A stretch of 64,000 nt of DNA from Dendrobates tinctorius. Taxonomy: Eukaryota. Both the position numbers and the translations under genes were made by a program. Within the stretch, counting starts at the first letter, position 1. Each line of letters begins with the position of its first letter. The notes beneath the pieces were generated by a model. It did not search any database. It had not been told where the DNA came from and was given only the letters and a program-made list of their open reading frames with translations. The DNA is taken from contig NW_027361754.1 in NCBI RefSeq assembly GCF_039654945.1, forward strand, positions 27,218,001 through 27,282,000, in the 5' to 3' direction. Of this stretch, positions 50,489-63,097 are shown piece by piece.

Positions 50489-51620
50489 TGTGACCCAACG
50501 AGCAATCTCTACAAGCCGAGTATTTCCTGGCAATCAACTATATGTACAGCGTATCTTGGAGAACAGGGAATGTACCATTCTGGCCACTACATATGGCGTA
50601 ACATGGAAAATGTTATCTTTCTTAATAAGTCCAGGTTCAGAATTGTCCGCCCATAAATCGCACTGTCTACCATGCCGCTGTTTCTCCGATTTTCTCTGCA
50701 ATTAGTTTTATTTGATGTTTTTTTAAAGGATGTCTTTTATAAATAAAGTCACACTGACGGCAACATCTATGGCATTCATTTATTTAGCTTAAAGGGGTCA
50801 TCTAGCTAGAAAAAATATGTAGATGGGTTTAAAATATCTAGCTTACTAATATACTTTTAATTATCAAAAGTGAATTGATATGAAGATATCCGCACTGGTT
50901 CTGGGTCCCCGCAGCTCCTCTTCCAGCCAACAGAGATTACCAGTTCTGTGTGATGGAGGTCGGCAAAATGGCTAGTTTTAGTAGAAAACCCAACCCCATG
51001 TTCTGTCTATGCATGCAGGCCTGTGACAAAAAAATAAACAAAAGTAACTGTATAGGTATTCTCTAAAAATATTTAGACATACTTTTTTCATCTGGACAAC
51101 CACTTTAGATGTCAATGTGCAAACAGCGACTTTTTTCCACAGTCCTTTCTATCTATTGTCTGCTGTAAGCACGGACACAAAATTCTCCATCATAGTGCAC
51201 AAACGAGGAAATTAAATCTTCTGACCCCTGTAACAAAGCCCCCGCTTCATGTAGAGAGACAAAGACCCTCCCTAATTTCCCGTAGAGAGATAAAGCTCCA
51301 CCCAACTTCCTGTAAAGAGATAAAGAGTCACCCCCACTTCATGTAGAGAGATAAAGACCCACCCCCACTTTCAATAGAGCAGTGGTGGCGATCCTGTGGC
51401 AAGCATTCAGAGTCGACTCTGAGGGCACAGATGTGCTGCTGTCTCCTGTGATTTCTGCACCAGCCCTACTGTCGCCTGCAATGTCTGCACCAGCCCCAAT
51501 TTCTCCTGCGATGTGTGCACCAACCCCAATGTTTCCTGTGATGTCTGCACCATTCCCAAACTCCTCCTGCAATGTCTGCACCAGTCCCAATGCCTCCTGT
51601 GATGACCGCACCAACCCCAC

Positions 51621-52646
51621 TGTTAGGCTATGTGCACACACTGCGGATTGATCTGCGGATTTTTATCTGCAGAACCGCAGGTAAAACAACTGCGGTTTTG
51701 CCCTGCGGTTTGCCACCTGGACAATGGAATAGGTGGCAAACCGCAGCAGAATCCGCAGAAATAATCGATATGTCAATTGTTTCTGCGGATTCAAAACCGC
51801 AGCTTTTCCGCAGTTAAAAAACCACAGCAGAATGTTAATCCCATAGGATAACATGCTACTGTACACTGTCTGCAGAACTGCTGCAGCGTGTGCACATAGC
51901 CTTAGGGTTCCTGCAGTGGTTCAACAGGAATCCAGAGCCTCACATTCTGCGGTCTCCCATTATCTTTCGACTGCAGAGGAGATTGCTCAGCAATCCCGGC
52001 TTCCCAGATGCTCTGCCCAGACCTGCTCTGTGGGGCAGGCTATTGCTGCCACCTTTGGGTCAGCAATGGCAGTGCAGGTTGCTCAGCAGCAAATTGCTCC
52101 AGAGGCTAAGTCCCTCCGTCGCTCTACTGAGCATGCTCACGAGACGATCTCCCATTGGAGATCGGGAGTCACATGTCCAGGTCTTTCTCATGATCTGATT
52201 GGTCCATCTCAGGGATCTGGAAGCTTCCGGAAGGTCCCGGCTATAAAAGGTTCGCATGGCCGCTCGGCCATGCGCTAGTATAGTTTCTAGTTGCTAACTG
52301 TCTGAATGATGATGGATGCATGAACCTGTGAATGACTCATTAAGATCCCCTCCCTCTGATATTATGAGTGTGTATAGGGACTTAGCTATAGAGTCATTGC
52401 GAGCCAGCGGCAAGCTACAAGCCACTACAACATCCTCCACAGTGCTAGCGTCCGACAGTGCACCTGCTTCCGGGCATTGTCGACTAGCGGCAGTGTCTGT
52501 CGCCACACTGCAGTCTGCAGCTCCTCTTGGCGTCCACAATAGCGACACCGCACGCACGGTAGGTCTAGACGGATGCTGACCCTCTGCCTAGGGCCCAGCT
52601 CCTTGTGACCATATACCGTGCGTGCACTTCTCTGAGACCTGTGACA
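51621..52646. mobile_element. LTR-like repeat with nested Harbinger-type MITE (51626-51901, TTA TSD)
   Basis: MITE TIRs GGCTATGTGCACAC / GTGTGCACATAGCC. The host reads TGTTAGGG...TGTGACA and has CCAAT/TATA-like motifs near 52200-52250. Confidence 0.6.
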
Positions 52647-52845
52647 CTAACAGGCTCAGCCTTTTTGTGTTTTACACTTAAGGCATCTCTGTGAGTATTC
52701 AAAAAGAGAAAAAGAAGCCAGCTCACCTGAAGGCATGTGTAGTGGATAGCCCGGACCACGTGCAGTCTTCACACAGTAACCAAGGAAAAAGAAAAAAGGT
52801 CCAGCTTTGCAAATTCAAGTCCAATTTATTGTTAAAAACAAGTCC

Positions 52846-52998
52846 AAAACAGAGCAAAAAATGGTGTGTTCACATGAGTAACAAGTAGTAGATTACGCGT
52901 TTCGAACAATAGCTTTTTCTTTCAGAACAAGCTATTGTTCGAAATGCGCAATCTACTACTTGTTACTCATGTGAACACACCATTTTTTGCTCTGTTTT
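52846..52998. repeat. ~70-bp-arm near-perfect palindrome with hammerhead-like 3' half (Penelope-like remnant)
   Basis: Arms at 52846-52915 and 52929-52998 with a 13-nt spacer. Contains GTTCGAAACGCGTA on the minus strand. Confidence 0.7.
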
Positions 52999-52999
52999 T

Positions 53000-53710
53000 T
53001 TCTGTCTGTCACTCTAGTTATATAAAGCACTATTTTGCACTTAAAAAAAAACAGGCCACACATTTTACAGTGTGGTATATTTGTTACACGCCTCATACAT
53101 CCGTGTGCTAACAATTTTGGCATTTTAGGATGGTATTCCAGTGTTTTCCTGTCTGCTACTTCAGTTATATACAGCACTATGTTGCAATTTTTTAAAAAAA
53201 CAGGCCACATATTTTAATGTGGTATATCTGAGAAACGCCTCATACTTCCATGTAATAAAAATTTGGACATTTTAGGCAGGTATTCGAATTTTTTTCTGTC
53301 TGTCTAGTTATATACAGCACTATTTTGCAATTATTAAAAAACAGGTCACATATTTTACAGTCTGTATATCTGTGACACGTCTGATACATCCGTGTGTTAA
53401 AAATGTAGGCATTTTTGGCCGGTATTCCAGTGTTTGCCTGTCTGTTACTCAAGTTATATACCGCGCTATGTTGCATTTTGTAAAAAAAAACAGGCCACAT
53501 ATTTTACACTGTGATATGTCTGTGACACGCCTCATACATCCATGTGCTAAACATTTTGGCATTTTATGCCAGTATTCCAGTGTTTTCCTGTCTGTTACTC
53601 AAGTTATATAAAGCACTATGTTGAATTTTTTTTAAAAACAGGCCACATATTTTACATTGTGGTATATCTGTGACACGCCTCTTACATCTGTGTCCTAAAA
53701 ATTTGGACAT
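53000..53710. repeat. ~147-bp tandem satellite, ~5 copies
   Basis: The anchor CAGGCCACA/CAGGTCACA recurs at ~53052, 53201, 53342, 53491 and 53639. Confidence 0.85.
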
Positions 53711-56700
53711 TGTTCTGTCTCCGACATTTAATTCAGAATCCCTGATTATCTGCTTGTTAAATGTTTTTGTTGCTTTCTGGCTCCATCTAGTGAGCCAGAG
53801 TCATAACCGCAGTGTTATTGTGTGTTTTACTTCCTGAATCTCTTTTTCCCTCCATTCGCAATACACCCTGGTAAGCTTTGCAAAGGATTATGGTTAGTCC
53901 AGCCTCCATTTTCCCTCCAGTTCTCCATTTTCCCTCCGTCTGCATCCTGGAAGTATCTCATTTCTCTTCTCCCCGTGTGACAGCATCGCTGGTATGTAAT
54001 CACGCTTCCTGTATCTAATTTCTGTCCCATATTAGCCTGCCTAGTTAGTTTTCTCCGGCTCAGCTAGTAGTGCAGATGTTGATTCATAATGTATCATGTT
54101 TGATATGTATCCCTGATGTACTCTGTATTGACTCAGTGTATATATATTTGTTTTACTTGTAGTTTCACCGCGCCAATATACCATCACATTCAATAAAGCA
54201 CAGATTCAACCTCCAGTCTCCTTATTGGACCCCGGTATAGCGATTAAGCTGCCTGTATAGCTACCTAAAGTCTGCTTCATTTAGTGACGACAGAACAGTG
54301 AAACAATGGCTCTCCAGCTAGTGGGAATTCAGGGAAGAGACAGTCTTCCATCTTGCAGGACCGCAGTGAAACAGCGGCTATCCAGCTAGTGGGAACTCAG
54401 AGATAGAAGAGTCTTCCATCATGCAGAGGCCAGTTACACAGCACCATCCAAATAGTGCAATTCTGGGAAAAGACAGCCCTTCATCCAGCTTGCAGGAACT
54501 AGTGAAACTGCGCTCACCCACCTAGTGAGATTCAAGTCACCGCTACACAGAGACTAATACAGCTACAGCAATCTCTGCACAGCCAAGCATTTCCCCAAGA
54601 TACCATGTCCCACAAATCACACAGGACAAAATCTGCTACATCTGTCTCCTCAAAGACTGTATCCATTAGCAGTACAGTCGCCATTGCACGTGCAAATGCT
54701 GAAGCCGCCAAAATGTGAGCAAGCTTTGTTGAATAAGAGATGCAACTTAAGTTAGAGAAATCACGCATAGATAATGAGAGAGACGATCAAGAGAGAAAGG
54801 CGCAGTTAGAGAAGGCACGCATAGATGATGAGAGAGCTGATCAAGAGAGAAAGGCACAGTTAGCGAAGGCAAGTGTGGATGCCGCCTTAAAGAGATTAGC
54901 AGCAAAAAGAGAAGCTGCTGCAGCCCTAGCTGAAGCAGAATCGCTAGAAGCCGAGCACAACCCTGAACTGCATAGCCGAAGCAGTACGTCAAGTCTGAAG
55001 TTGCCACTGCAAGATTCGCCACAACGCTCATCTCAGTATGTTAATTAACTTCCTGATCCAAACTATAACCAAGAACACGACACATTCAGTGAAGCGAGTG
55101 AGTCATCATGAGGCTCAGCTCCAGGAAAACGTGGAGCAAAACAAATCTGCTAATGACTACCTTGCCCCTCACCAGGTAACTAACGTGAATCACCTTGCTG
55201 ACACACCGCACATCAGACCGAAGCAATATGACACTGGCTGGCACCACTCTGAGGATACTAACAGGTATGAACGCACCTCACATCACTATCAGGGTAACCC
55301 ATCACCAGTATACTCTGCTGACAACCGGTTCACAACAGAATTTGCTAAGTTCTTCACACGACGTGATCTGGTTGCCAATGGACTCATGAAATTCACTGAC
55401 CACGCTGAAGGTTACAGAGCTTGGAAAGCTTCCTTCCAAACTGTCACTAGAGACTTGGAGCTGCAACACAGGGAAGAGATAGACCTCTTAGTCAAATACC
55501 TGGGAGAAGAGTCAGTCAAACACGCAGTAAGGATCAGAGACGTTAATATAAACCACCCTCAAATTGGCATTAAAGAGATCTGGAAGAGGCTAGATGAGTG
55601 TTACGGCTCAGAAGAGGTAATAGAGAGAGCCTCGTTCAAAAGAATCGATGACTTTCCTAAAATATCTAACAAAGGTCTCCAGAAACATAGAGAACTAGGT
55701 GACCTGCTAAAAGAAGTCCTAGTTGCCAAATGTGAAGGTGACCTGCATTCCTTGACACAGCCAAAGATGTTAACCCTATAGTCCAAAAGCTGTCCTACAA
55801 TCTACAGGAGAGGTGGTTCACACCTGGTTCCTCATACAAATACAAACACAGTGTTCCATTCCCTCCCATCTACGTTTTTGTAGACTTTATACACGAACAA
55901 GCGACAATCAGAAATGATCCCAGCTTTGATTTTGTAATGTCATATACCACACCGTCACCAGCTGCAAACCCACGCAGAACATCTGTGGCAGTGCACAAGA
56001 CTTATGTTTCTTCTTCAAGTTCCAATTACAGGTCTGCTGGCTGCTCTCAATCAGAGACAAAGGCGCAGGACCCTGACAAGCAGTGGCTGCTCCATCAGAA
56101 GCCTCATCCTTTCTTGAAATGCAGAGCCTTCAGAGGAAAATCTATGCCAGATCGCAGAAGCTTCCTGAAAGAGAACGGTATCTGCTACAAGTGCTGCTCA
56201 TCCACAACCTACCTCGCCAAGGATTGTAAGGTCAGTGTAAAATGCACAGAATGTGGCACCACAGATCATAACACTGATCTACACCCTGGCCCAGCTCCAT
56301 GGAGTGCACAAAACACGCCAGCTGACAGTGAGCATGGTGGGGAGGAAAGGAGCACTGATGCAGCTATGCCAGAGATAACTTCACAATGTACTGGTCTGTA
56401 AAGGGACAATAGACAGTAGATCCTGTTCAAAAATATGCCTCGTCAGAGTGTACCCAAAGGGTAAAGCTGTAAGACTGTATGCTATCTTGGATGATCAAAG
56501 TAATCGATCCTTGGCTAGATCAACATTCTTTGTCCTATTCAACATCAAAGGGCCAAGCACCCCCTACTCATTAAAGACATGTGTAGATACTGTGACAACA
56601 GCAGGTAGGAAAGCTACTGACTACCAAATTGAGTCCTTAGACGGATGATTTTGCCTACTACTGCCTACAATCATTGAGTGTAATCAGATCCCAGACAACA

Positions 56701-56916
56701 GATCTGAAATACCTACGCCGGATGTGACAATCCATCACGCTCACTTGAAACGCATAGCACACCTTATACCGGACTCAACCATCAGGCCCAGATAATACTG
56801 CTGTTGGGAAGAGATATCCTACAGGTTCATAAAGTGAGAAGTGATATCAATGTACTCCACAATGCTCCCTATGCCCAAAAGATAGACCTAGAATGGGTCA
56901 TAATAGGAAATGTATG

Positions 56917-59900
56917 TGTCACGAAGTGACTTGCCCTGTGTGACGCGACCAGCCGGTCGGTAGCTAAAACAGCAAGACAAACAAGGGGAGACCGGGGACA
57001 CAATTACAACGGTGGGCCCTACAATAGGGAACGGGTACGTGGACACCTCCTGCACTCTCCTGAGGCTGTGTCCCTGAACACTCCTCACGTTCCCTATACA
57101 GGTTCTTTCAACCTGTTTCCGACCAGGATACCTCAGTCCCTCACTAGCCCTGCACCTATCCCTTACTAGGGAACTGGCTAGTGCGGACACTGGTCCCACC
57201 ACTGTACTAATATAACACCAGGGAAAATAACGAACAGGAAAAAAACAAACAACTTAGCTTTCTCTGTTGCCAATGCTATTGAGGCAACAGAGTAAGGATC
57301 CGATCAGCATTCAGCAGCAACTCCACTGCTCCAGACAAGCTGAACCCCCTCTCCACCAGGTAGGACCAGTCCTCACCAAGGTTGGTTAGCAAATGAACAA
57401 TATCACCAACAGTGATCCAGAGCACCTGACAACCCTTTATAGGAAGGAGGGGGGTTGGTAACACCTGCTGGCTAATTTAAACATGTAGTAACCCCAGCGG
57501 CCACCGGGGGCAAAAACCCATTAGAAGAGCAACTAAGGTTGTGATAACACTGGCGGCCACCGGGGGCAAAAACTAACATTAAGTCAGAGGCTTGAAAGAA
57601 AAAAAAGGTTATATATGAGCCCGGATCTGCCACAGATCCAAACATGGATCGTGACAGTACCCCCCCCTTCAATGAGGGGCCTCTGGACCCTCAACACTGC
57701 ACCTCACCGGAAAACCACCTACAGTGAGGACGCCCAGATCCACCAGAGTTCACTTCAGCAACTACTTGACTCTCAGGTTTATGGCAAACATGGGCAGATG
57801 GAAGTGGCAATGTATGCTCCGGAGGCACCACAAATCTCCAGAGCGCCGACCTGGGGAATTAGATGTGTATGGGCATATTTTGGGGGTAACTCCAGCTGGT
57901 AAGTCCTCGGGCCAAGGATGGCCGACACCCGATACGGCCCGATCACCCGAGAACTCCAGACCCCAGCAACAAACTTCCACTGGATGTTTTTGGTGGCCAC
58001 CCATACATACTCGTTCACACACAGGTCCGGACCTGAAAGTTTATTGCCACACACACGTTTGCCACAAGACGGTGAACTCTTTACGGCACATAGGCATCCC
58101 CCTGTGTCACCACACTCACACCCCCGCAATTCACAGAGGGAACCACCACCCTCCTCCGACCCCTCCTCCTCCGCCTCTCAGGGTTGGCTAATGGCGAGGG
58201 CTAAGACTTGCCCCTACTCCCTGGCAGCACCTCTGCTGCCCCTACTGGAGAAGGGGACAGTTGTAGAAAGACGGCAGAGACAGTAGCCCCCAGGCAGCAG
58301 CCCTCACATGACTGATCCCAGCTGACCACTTCCCTAGACCGCCAATCTATGACCGGGTTGTGTTTCTCCAACCAAGGGAGGCCTAAAACGATTGGTAATG
58401 GCATTCCCCCCAAGACGAAGCACAACAGGGACTCTACATGAGTTCCTATACGCAGATGTATATTTTTTACGACTTGGGTCAATGGCCTGGATGCTTAGAG
58501 GTTTGGCCAGCGTCCTACACTTCAGGTCATGAGTTTGGACAAAGTGAGCATCCACCAGCACCAGACTGTCCTGCTACACTGTCCACAAGCACCGGTATGC
58601 CCTCAGGTACCCCGCCAACCACCACTTCTGCTGACATAGTACACTGAGAGAGCAAAATGGAGGAAATATACACTACCTGGTCGCCTCCCTCACACACGAC
58701 CAGGGGAACGCGGCTTCTTAGATGGTACAGAAGGTTTGGCATGCACTGAGTCTGCCCACAGCTAAAACATGCCCCCACACCACGATGAACCGCAGGCAAC
58801 ACCACTGGGGAACCAACTCCTCCCACCTGCCTGGGCTCGTCCACCTGCACATGTGCGTCCTCCTCCTTAGCAAGGACCACAGGGGGGATATTCACCAAAG
58901 CTTCAAAAAACTCGTCCACCGACTGTAGAGATGGTGAATCGGCCAGCAGGGAGAAGGCCCAGGATAGGAGATCACCTTCAAGGTGGGCTATAATGAATCC
59001 CACCCACTGTTCCTCACTCCCTAGTGAATGAGGGCGGAGCTTGAAGTGTAGCTTGCAGGCCTCCTGAAAAACCAAAAAATTCTCTCTCCCTCCAGAAAAC
59101 CTGACTGGGGGAGATAACTTGGGCTCTGGTTGAGCCTGTATCTGAGCTGAGGCCCCGTACCCCTCCCACTGCTGCAGCTGCTGCTCCCCCACACAACGCA
59201 GCACCCCACACTCCTCAGTGAGGATCTGTAGCAATTGGGCAAAAGTCTGCATTAGGTCCATGGCTCACCAGGAAAAAATGGGTTGGTTGGTGATAATGTC
59301 ACAAAGTGACTTGCCCTGTGTGACGCGACCAGCCGGTCAGTAGCTAAAACAACAACACAAACAAGGGGACACAGGGGACACAATTACAACGGTGGGCCCT
59401 ACAATAGGGAACGGGGATGTGGACACCTCCTACACTCTCCTGAGGCTGTGTCCTGAACACTCCTCATGTTCCCTATACAGGTTCTTTCAACCTGTCGCCG
59501 ACCAAGATACCTCAGTCCCTCACTAGCCCTGCTGTTGTGAATTCTCTCTCTGGCTTCCCTCTGTTGATTACTGACGATAGTGGAGCTGGTCAGATTAAGA
59601 GTTCTCTTTCTGGGCTCCCTCTGGTGGTTACTGGAGGTAGTGTAGCTGATCTGATTGACAGTGGCTTGCCACCTGATAATGAGGAAGACAATTGGAGATC
59701 TGGGGTTTCTGATTGGGATTTAAGACAGCTGACTCCCTCTATCCCTGCTGGTGATTTTCTTCCTGGTCCTCCTGAGGTCTGATGTCTCCTTCTCTTTCCC
59801 TGCATGTTCAGCTACGTGGTTCATTTGCTATTCTGTTTGCATTTGATCTGGTTTTGTTTATCTATGCTTTGTGCGGGTCAGCTAGCTCCGGCTGGGGCTG

Positions 59901-60937
59901 TGCTGAATCACCGCCCAGATGTTACTGCATGTGCCAGTTTGTTTTGTCCCCTTTTATATTGGTCTCTTTTTGCTTTGCTTTCAGAATATACCAGAGTGCT
60001 GATATAGTGGGGGGCAAAGTCGTGCGACTTCAGTGCTTTTGTGCATCAGACGTGTTGGACTTTTTGCAGGGTTTTTTGCGTGATTGCAGACAGTGTCTTT
60101 CCTTTCTTGTCCTGTCTAGTCAGTGTGGGCCCCATCGTTTGCTCAGTCTATTTTTCTGCCTGTGTTTGTGTTTTCATCTTGTCTCATCGACAATATATGT
60201 TTGGGGGCTATCTATTCCTTTGGGGTCTGCTCCGGGGCAGTTTAGATTTCCCCTTTCTTGCTTTAGGCTTAGTTAGCTCTCCGGCTGTGCCAAGATGTCT
60301 AGGATCATCGTAGGTACGCTCCACGACTACTGCTAGTTGTGTGGACAGGATCAGGGGTCTGCATCCGCTTAGTTACCAACCTCTCTGGTTTTCTGTGGCT
60401 TAGCTTGGCCTGCTATCCTCCTCAGTGACCCATTCATAACACCCTGCACCTATCACTTACTAGGGAACTGGCTAGTGCGGACACTGGTCCCACCGCTGTA
60501 CTAATATAACACCAGGGAAAATAATGAACAGGGAAAAAACAAACAACTTAGCTTTCTCTGTTGCCAATGCTCCTGAGGCAACAGAGTAAGGATCCAATCA
60601 GCATTCAGCAGCAACTCCACTGCTCCATACAAGCTGAACCCCCTTTCCACCAGGTAGGTCCAGTCCTCACCAAGGTTGGTTAGCAAATGAACAATATCAC
60701 CAACAGTGATCCAGAGCACCTGACAACCCTTTATAGGAAGGAGGGGGGGTGGTAACACCTGCTGGCTAATTTAAACGTGTAGTAACCCCAGCGGCCACCG
60801 GGGGGCAAAAACCCATTAGAAGAGCAACTAAGGATGTAATAACACCGGCGGCCACCGGGGGGCAAAAACTAACATTAAACCAGAGGCTTAAAAGAAGAAA
60901 AGGTTATATATGAGCCCGGATCTGCCACAGATCCAAA
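56917..60937 (-). mobile_element. Non-autonomous Gypsy deletion derivative nested in the BEL element (3' LTR 56917-57656; 5' LTR 59297-~60937, truncated and interrupted)
   Basis: Paired LTRs with a PPT at 57657-57668. Remnants of gag (PEPKLSPPVRFSG..LLSWAFSL), protease (IVLGLPWLEKHNPVIDW) and integrase tail (GPYRVSAILGPRTYQLELP). No RT or RNase H. Confidence 0.85.
59533..60441 (+). mobile_element. Solo LTR (family A) with 6-bp TSD CCCTGC
   Basis: CCCTGC at 59527-59532 and 60442-60447. The empty site in the sister LTR (~57142-57160, CACTAGCCCTGCACCTATC) has a single CCCTGC. Confidence 0.9.
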
Positions 60938-62289
60938 ATGACTTTTATGTTGATGACTGTCTGAAAGCCATGACTTCAAATGAGACTGCCATCAGTCTTC
61001 TCGGGAGAGCCCAAGAGATGCTTGCTTGCTCCAACCTCAGTCTTCACAAAATAGCCTCAAACAGCCAAGAACTCATGAAAGCATTCCCTTCACAAGACTT
61101 GTGTAACGGTCTCAGAGACCTGGACCTGGGGTCAGACCCTACACCAATGCAACATAGCCTCGGGCTTCTCTGGAATCTACAGTCAGACACTTTCACCTTC
61201 CAGGTCAGCCAGGAAGAAAAGCCTTTCACATGCAGAGGTGTGCTGTCTACCAACAACAGCCTGTACGATCCCTTGGGTTTTGCAGCTCCTGTTACTATAC
61301 AAGGCAAAGCCATACTAAGAGACTTAACTAAGGAAATATCTGACTGGAATGCACCTCTGCCACCTGACAAGAGAACCCAGCCCAGTAGGAAGTATTCAAG
61401 AACTTTTTAGCAGCCCTCTCCAACCTGAATGTTCCAAGACCATACACCCCTGTGCCGTCTACAGAAATACAAAGCCAAAGACTGTACGTATTTGCAGATG
61501 CTTCTGTGAAAGCAATTGCTGCTGTTGCCTATCTCAAAACTGTAGACTACAAATGTCAGAGCCACATTGGATTAGTTATGGGGAAGGCCAAACTTGCTCC
61601 ACAACCAGAGCACACTATACCAAGGTTAGAACTTTGTGCAGCAGTCTTAGCCATTGAGTTAGCAGAGTTCATCGCATCCGAGATGGAGAACCACCTTACA
61701 CAAGCCAATTTCTACTCAGACAGCAAAGTAGTCGTGGTATACATCAACAATGAAACTAGATGATTCTACGTTTATGTCAACAACGGAGTGCTACAAATTA
61801 GGAGATCAGTTCATCCAAAACAGTGGCATTCCATTCCCACGGACCAAAATCCTGCAGATCATGCAACTAGAGCAGTTGACGCAAGTCGACTAGGGAGCAC
61901 AACATGGCACTCAGGACCAAAACTATTGTACACTGAGGAAAAGTTTTCCAGAGACCTTTGAACTAGTGAGAGAGGACTCAGATGCTGAAATCCGCCCTCA
62001 GATGTCTACACTTCATACATTGTGAAAAATGAGGATGAATGAACTCATGGAGATCAACATCCAACACTGCAGAGACACCATCACATGTTTCTCAACGCAG
62101 TGATTCTAGAGCAATGCCCCCATCCCTTATGGGAAATATGTAAAAACATGCAAAACACAAGCCGCGGAGACACCATCACATGTTTCTCAACGCAAGCAAT
62201 GACTAGCCAGGTCTTTCCCCGGGAAGGAACAACCACGGGAAGGGCAGTCTCCAATTAAGGAAACCACCTATGCCAAAACATGGTATCCA

Positions 62290-62333
62290 TCCACAGACAG
62301 CTGTTTCGGGGTATTGCCCCTCATCAGTGTGGA
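62290..62333 (-). ncRNA. Minimal type I hammerhead ribozyme
   Basis: Minus strand: UCCACA-CUGAUGA-GGGG(CAAUA)CCCC-GAA-ACAG/CUGU-C^UGUGGA. Complete catalytic core, perfect helices I and II, loopless palindromic helix III, GUC cleavage triplet. Confidence 0.85.
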
Positions 62334-62677
62334 GTAGGAAACTATACCCCGAAACAGCTGTCTGTGGATGGATACCATATTTTGGCATAGGTGGTTTCCT
62401 TCATTGGAGACTGCCCTTGCCGTGGTTGCTCCTTCCCGGGGAAAGACCTGGCTAGTCATTGCTTGCATTGAGAAACATGTGATGGTGTCTCCGCGGCTTG
62501 TGTTTTGCATGTTTTTACATATTTCCCATAAGGGATGGGGGCATTGCTCTTGAATCACAGTGTTGAGAAACATGTGATGGTGTCTCCACAGTGTTGGATG
62601 TTGATCTCCATGAGTTCATTCATCCTTATTTTTCACAGTCTTCTACTAGGCATTGCTCCTACTGGCCAGTTTCCTAC

Positions 62678-62721
62678 TCCACACTGATGAGGGGAAATAA
62701 CCCGAAACAGATGTCAGTGGA
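62678..62721 (+). ncRNA. Second, slightly mutated hammerhead copy
   Basis: UCCACA-CUGAUGA-GGGGAAAUAACCC-GAAACAGAUGUC^AGUGGA. Core intact, with mismatches in helices I, II and III. Confidence 0.7.
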
Positions 62722-63097
62722 TTGATACCATGTTTTGGCAAAGGTAGTTTCCTTCATTGGAGACTGCCCTTCCCGTGGTTGTTCCTTCCCGGGGAAAGAC
62801 CTGGCTAGTCATTGCTTGCGTTGAGAAACATGTGATGGTGTCTCCGCGGCTTGTGTTTTGCATGTTTTTACACATCATACATTGACTCCAGCTACTCTCC
62901 TGACCCAGAAAACAGGACCATCCAGTGCCCCTCCAGGAAGATTTGACACTAAGGACATCTACAAGCGCCAATGGAAACAGGTACAAAGTCTTGCAAACAC
63001 ATTCTGGGACAGGTGTTGCAAACAATATTTGTCTACCCTGCAGCCACGGATGAAGTGGCAATCTACCAGGCCTAATCTAGGCATTGGTGACCTCATC

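Larger units (their letters stand above)
62021..62872. mobile_element. Retrozyme/Penelope-like insert with one inverted and ~1.5 tandem copies of a ~353-nt unit
   Basis: Inverted arms ~62021-62315 and ~62344-62637, then a direct repeat from 62638 to 62872. Contains hammerhead motifs. Confidence 0.8.
53711..63097 (+). mobile_element. Fragmented BEL/Pao LTR retrotransposon (LTR 53711-54297; gag-protease ~54605-56916; RT/RNase H 60938-62020; integrase C-terminus 62873-63097)
   Basis: LTR TGTTCTGTC...GACAGAACA. Motifs: gag ICYKCCS..CTECGTTDH, protease YAILDDQSNRS, RT FYVDDCL, YDPLGFAAPV, FADAS..IPRLELCAA, and WKQVQSLANTFW..YLSTLQPRMKW. Multiple stops and deletions. Confidence 0.88.
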
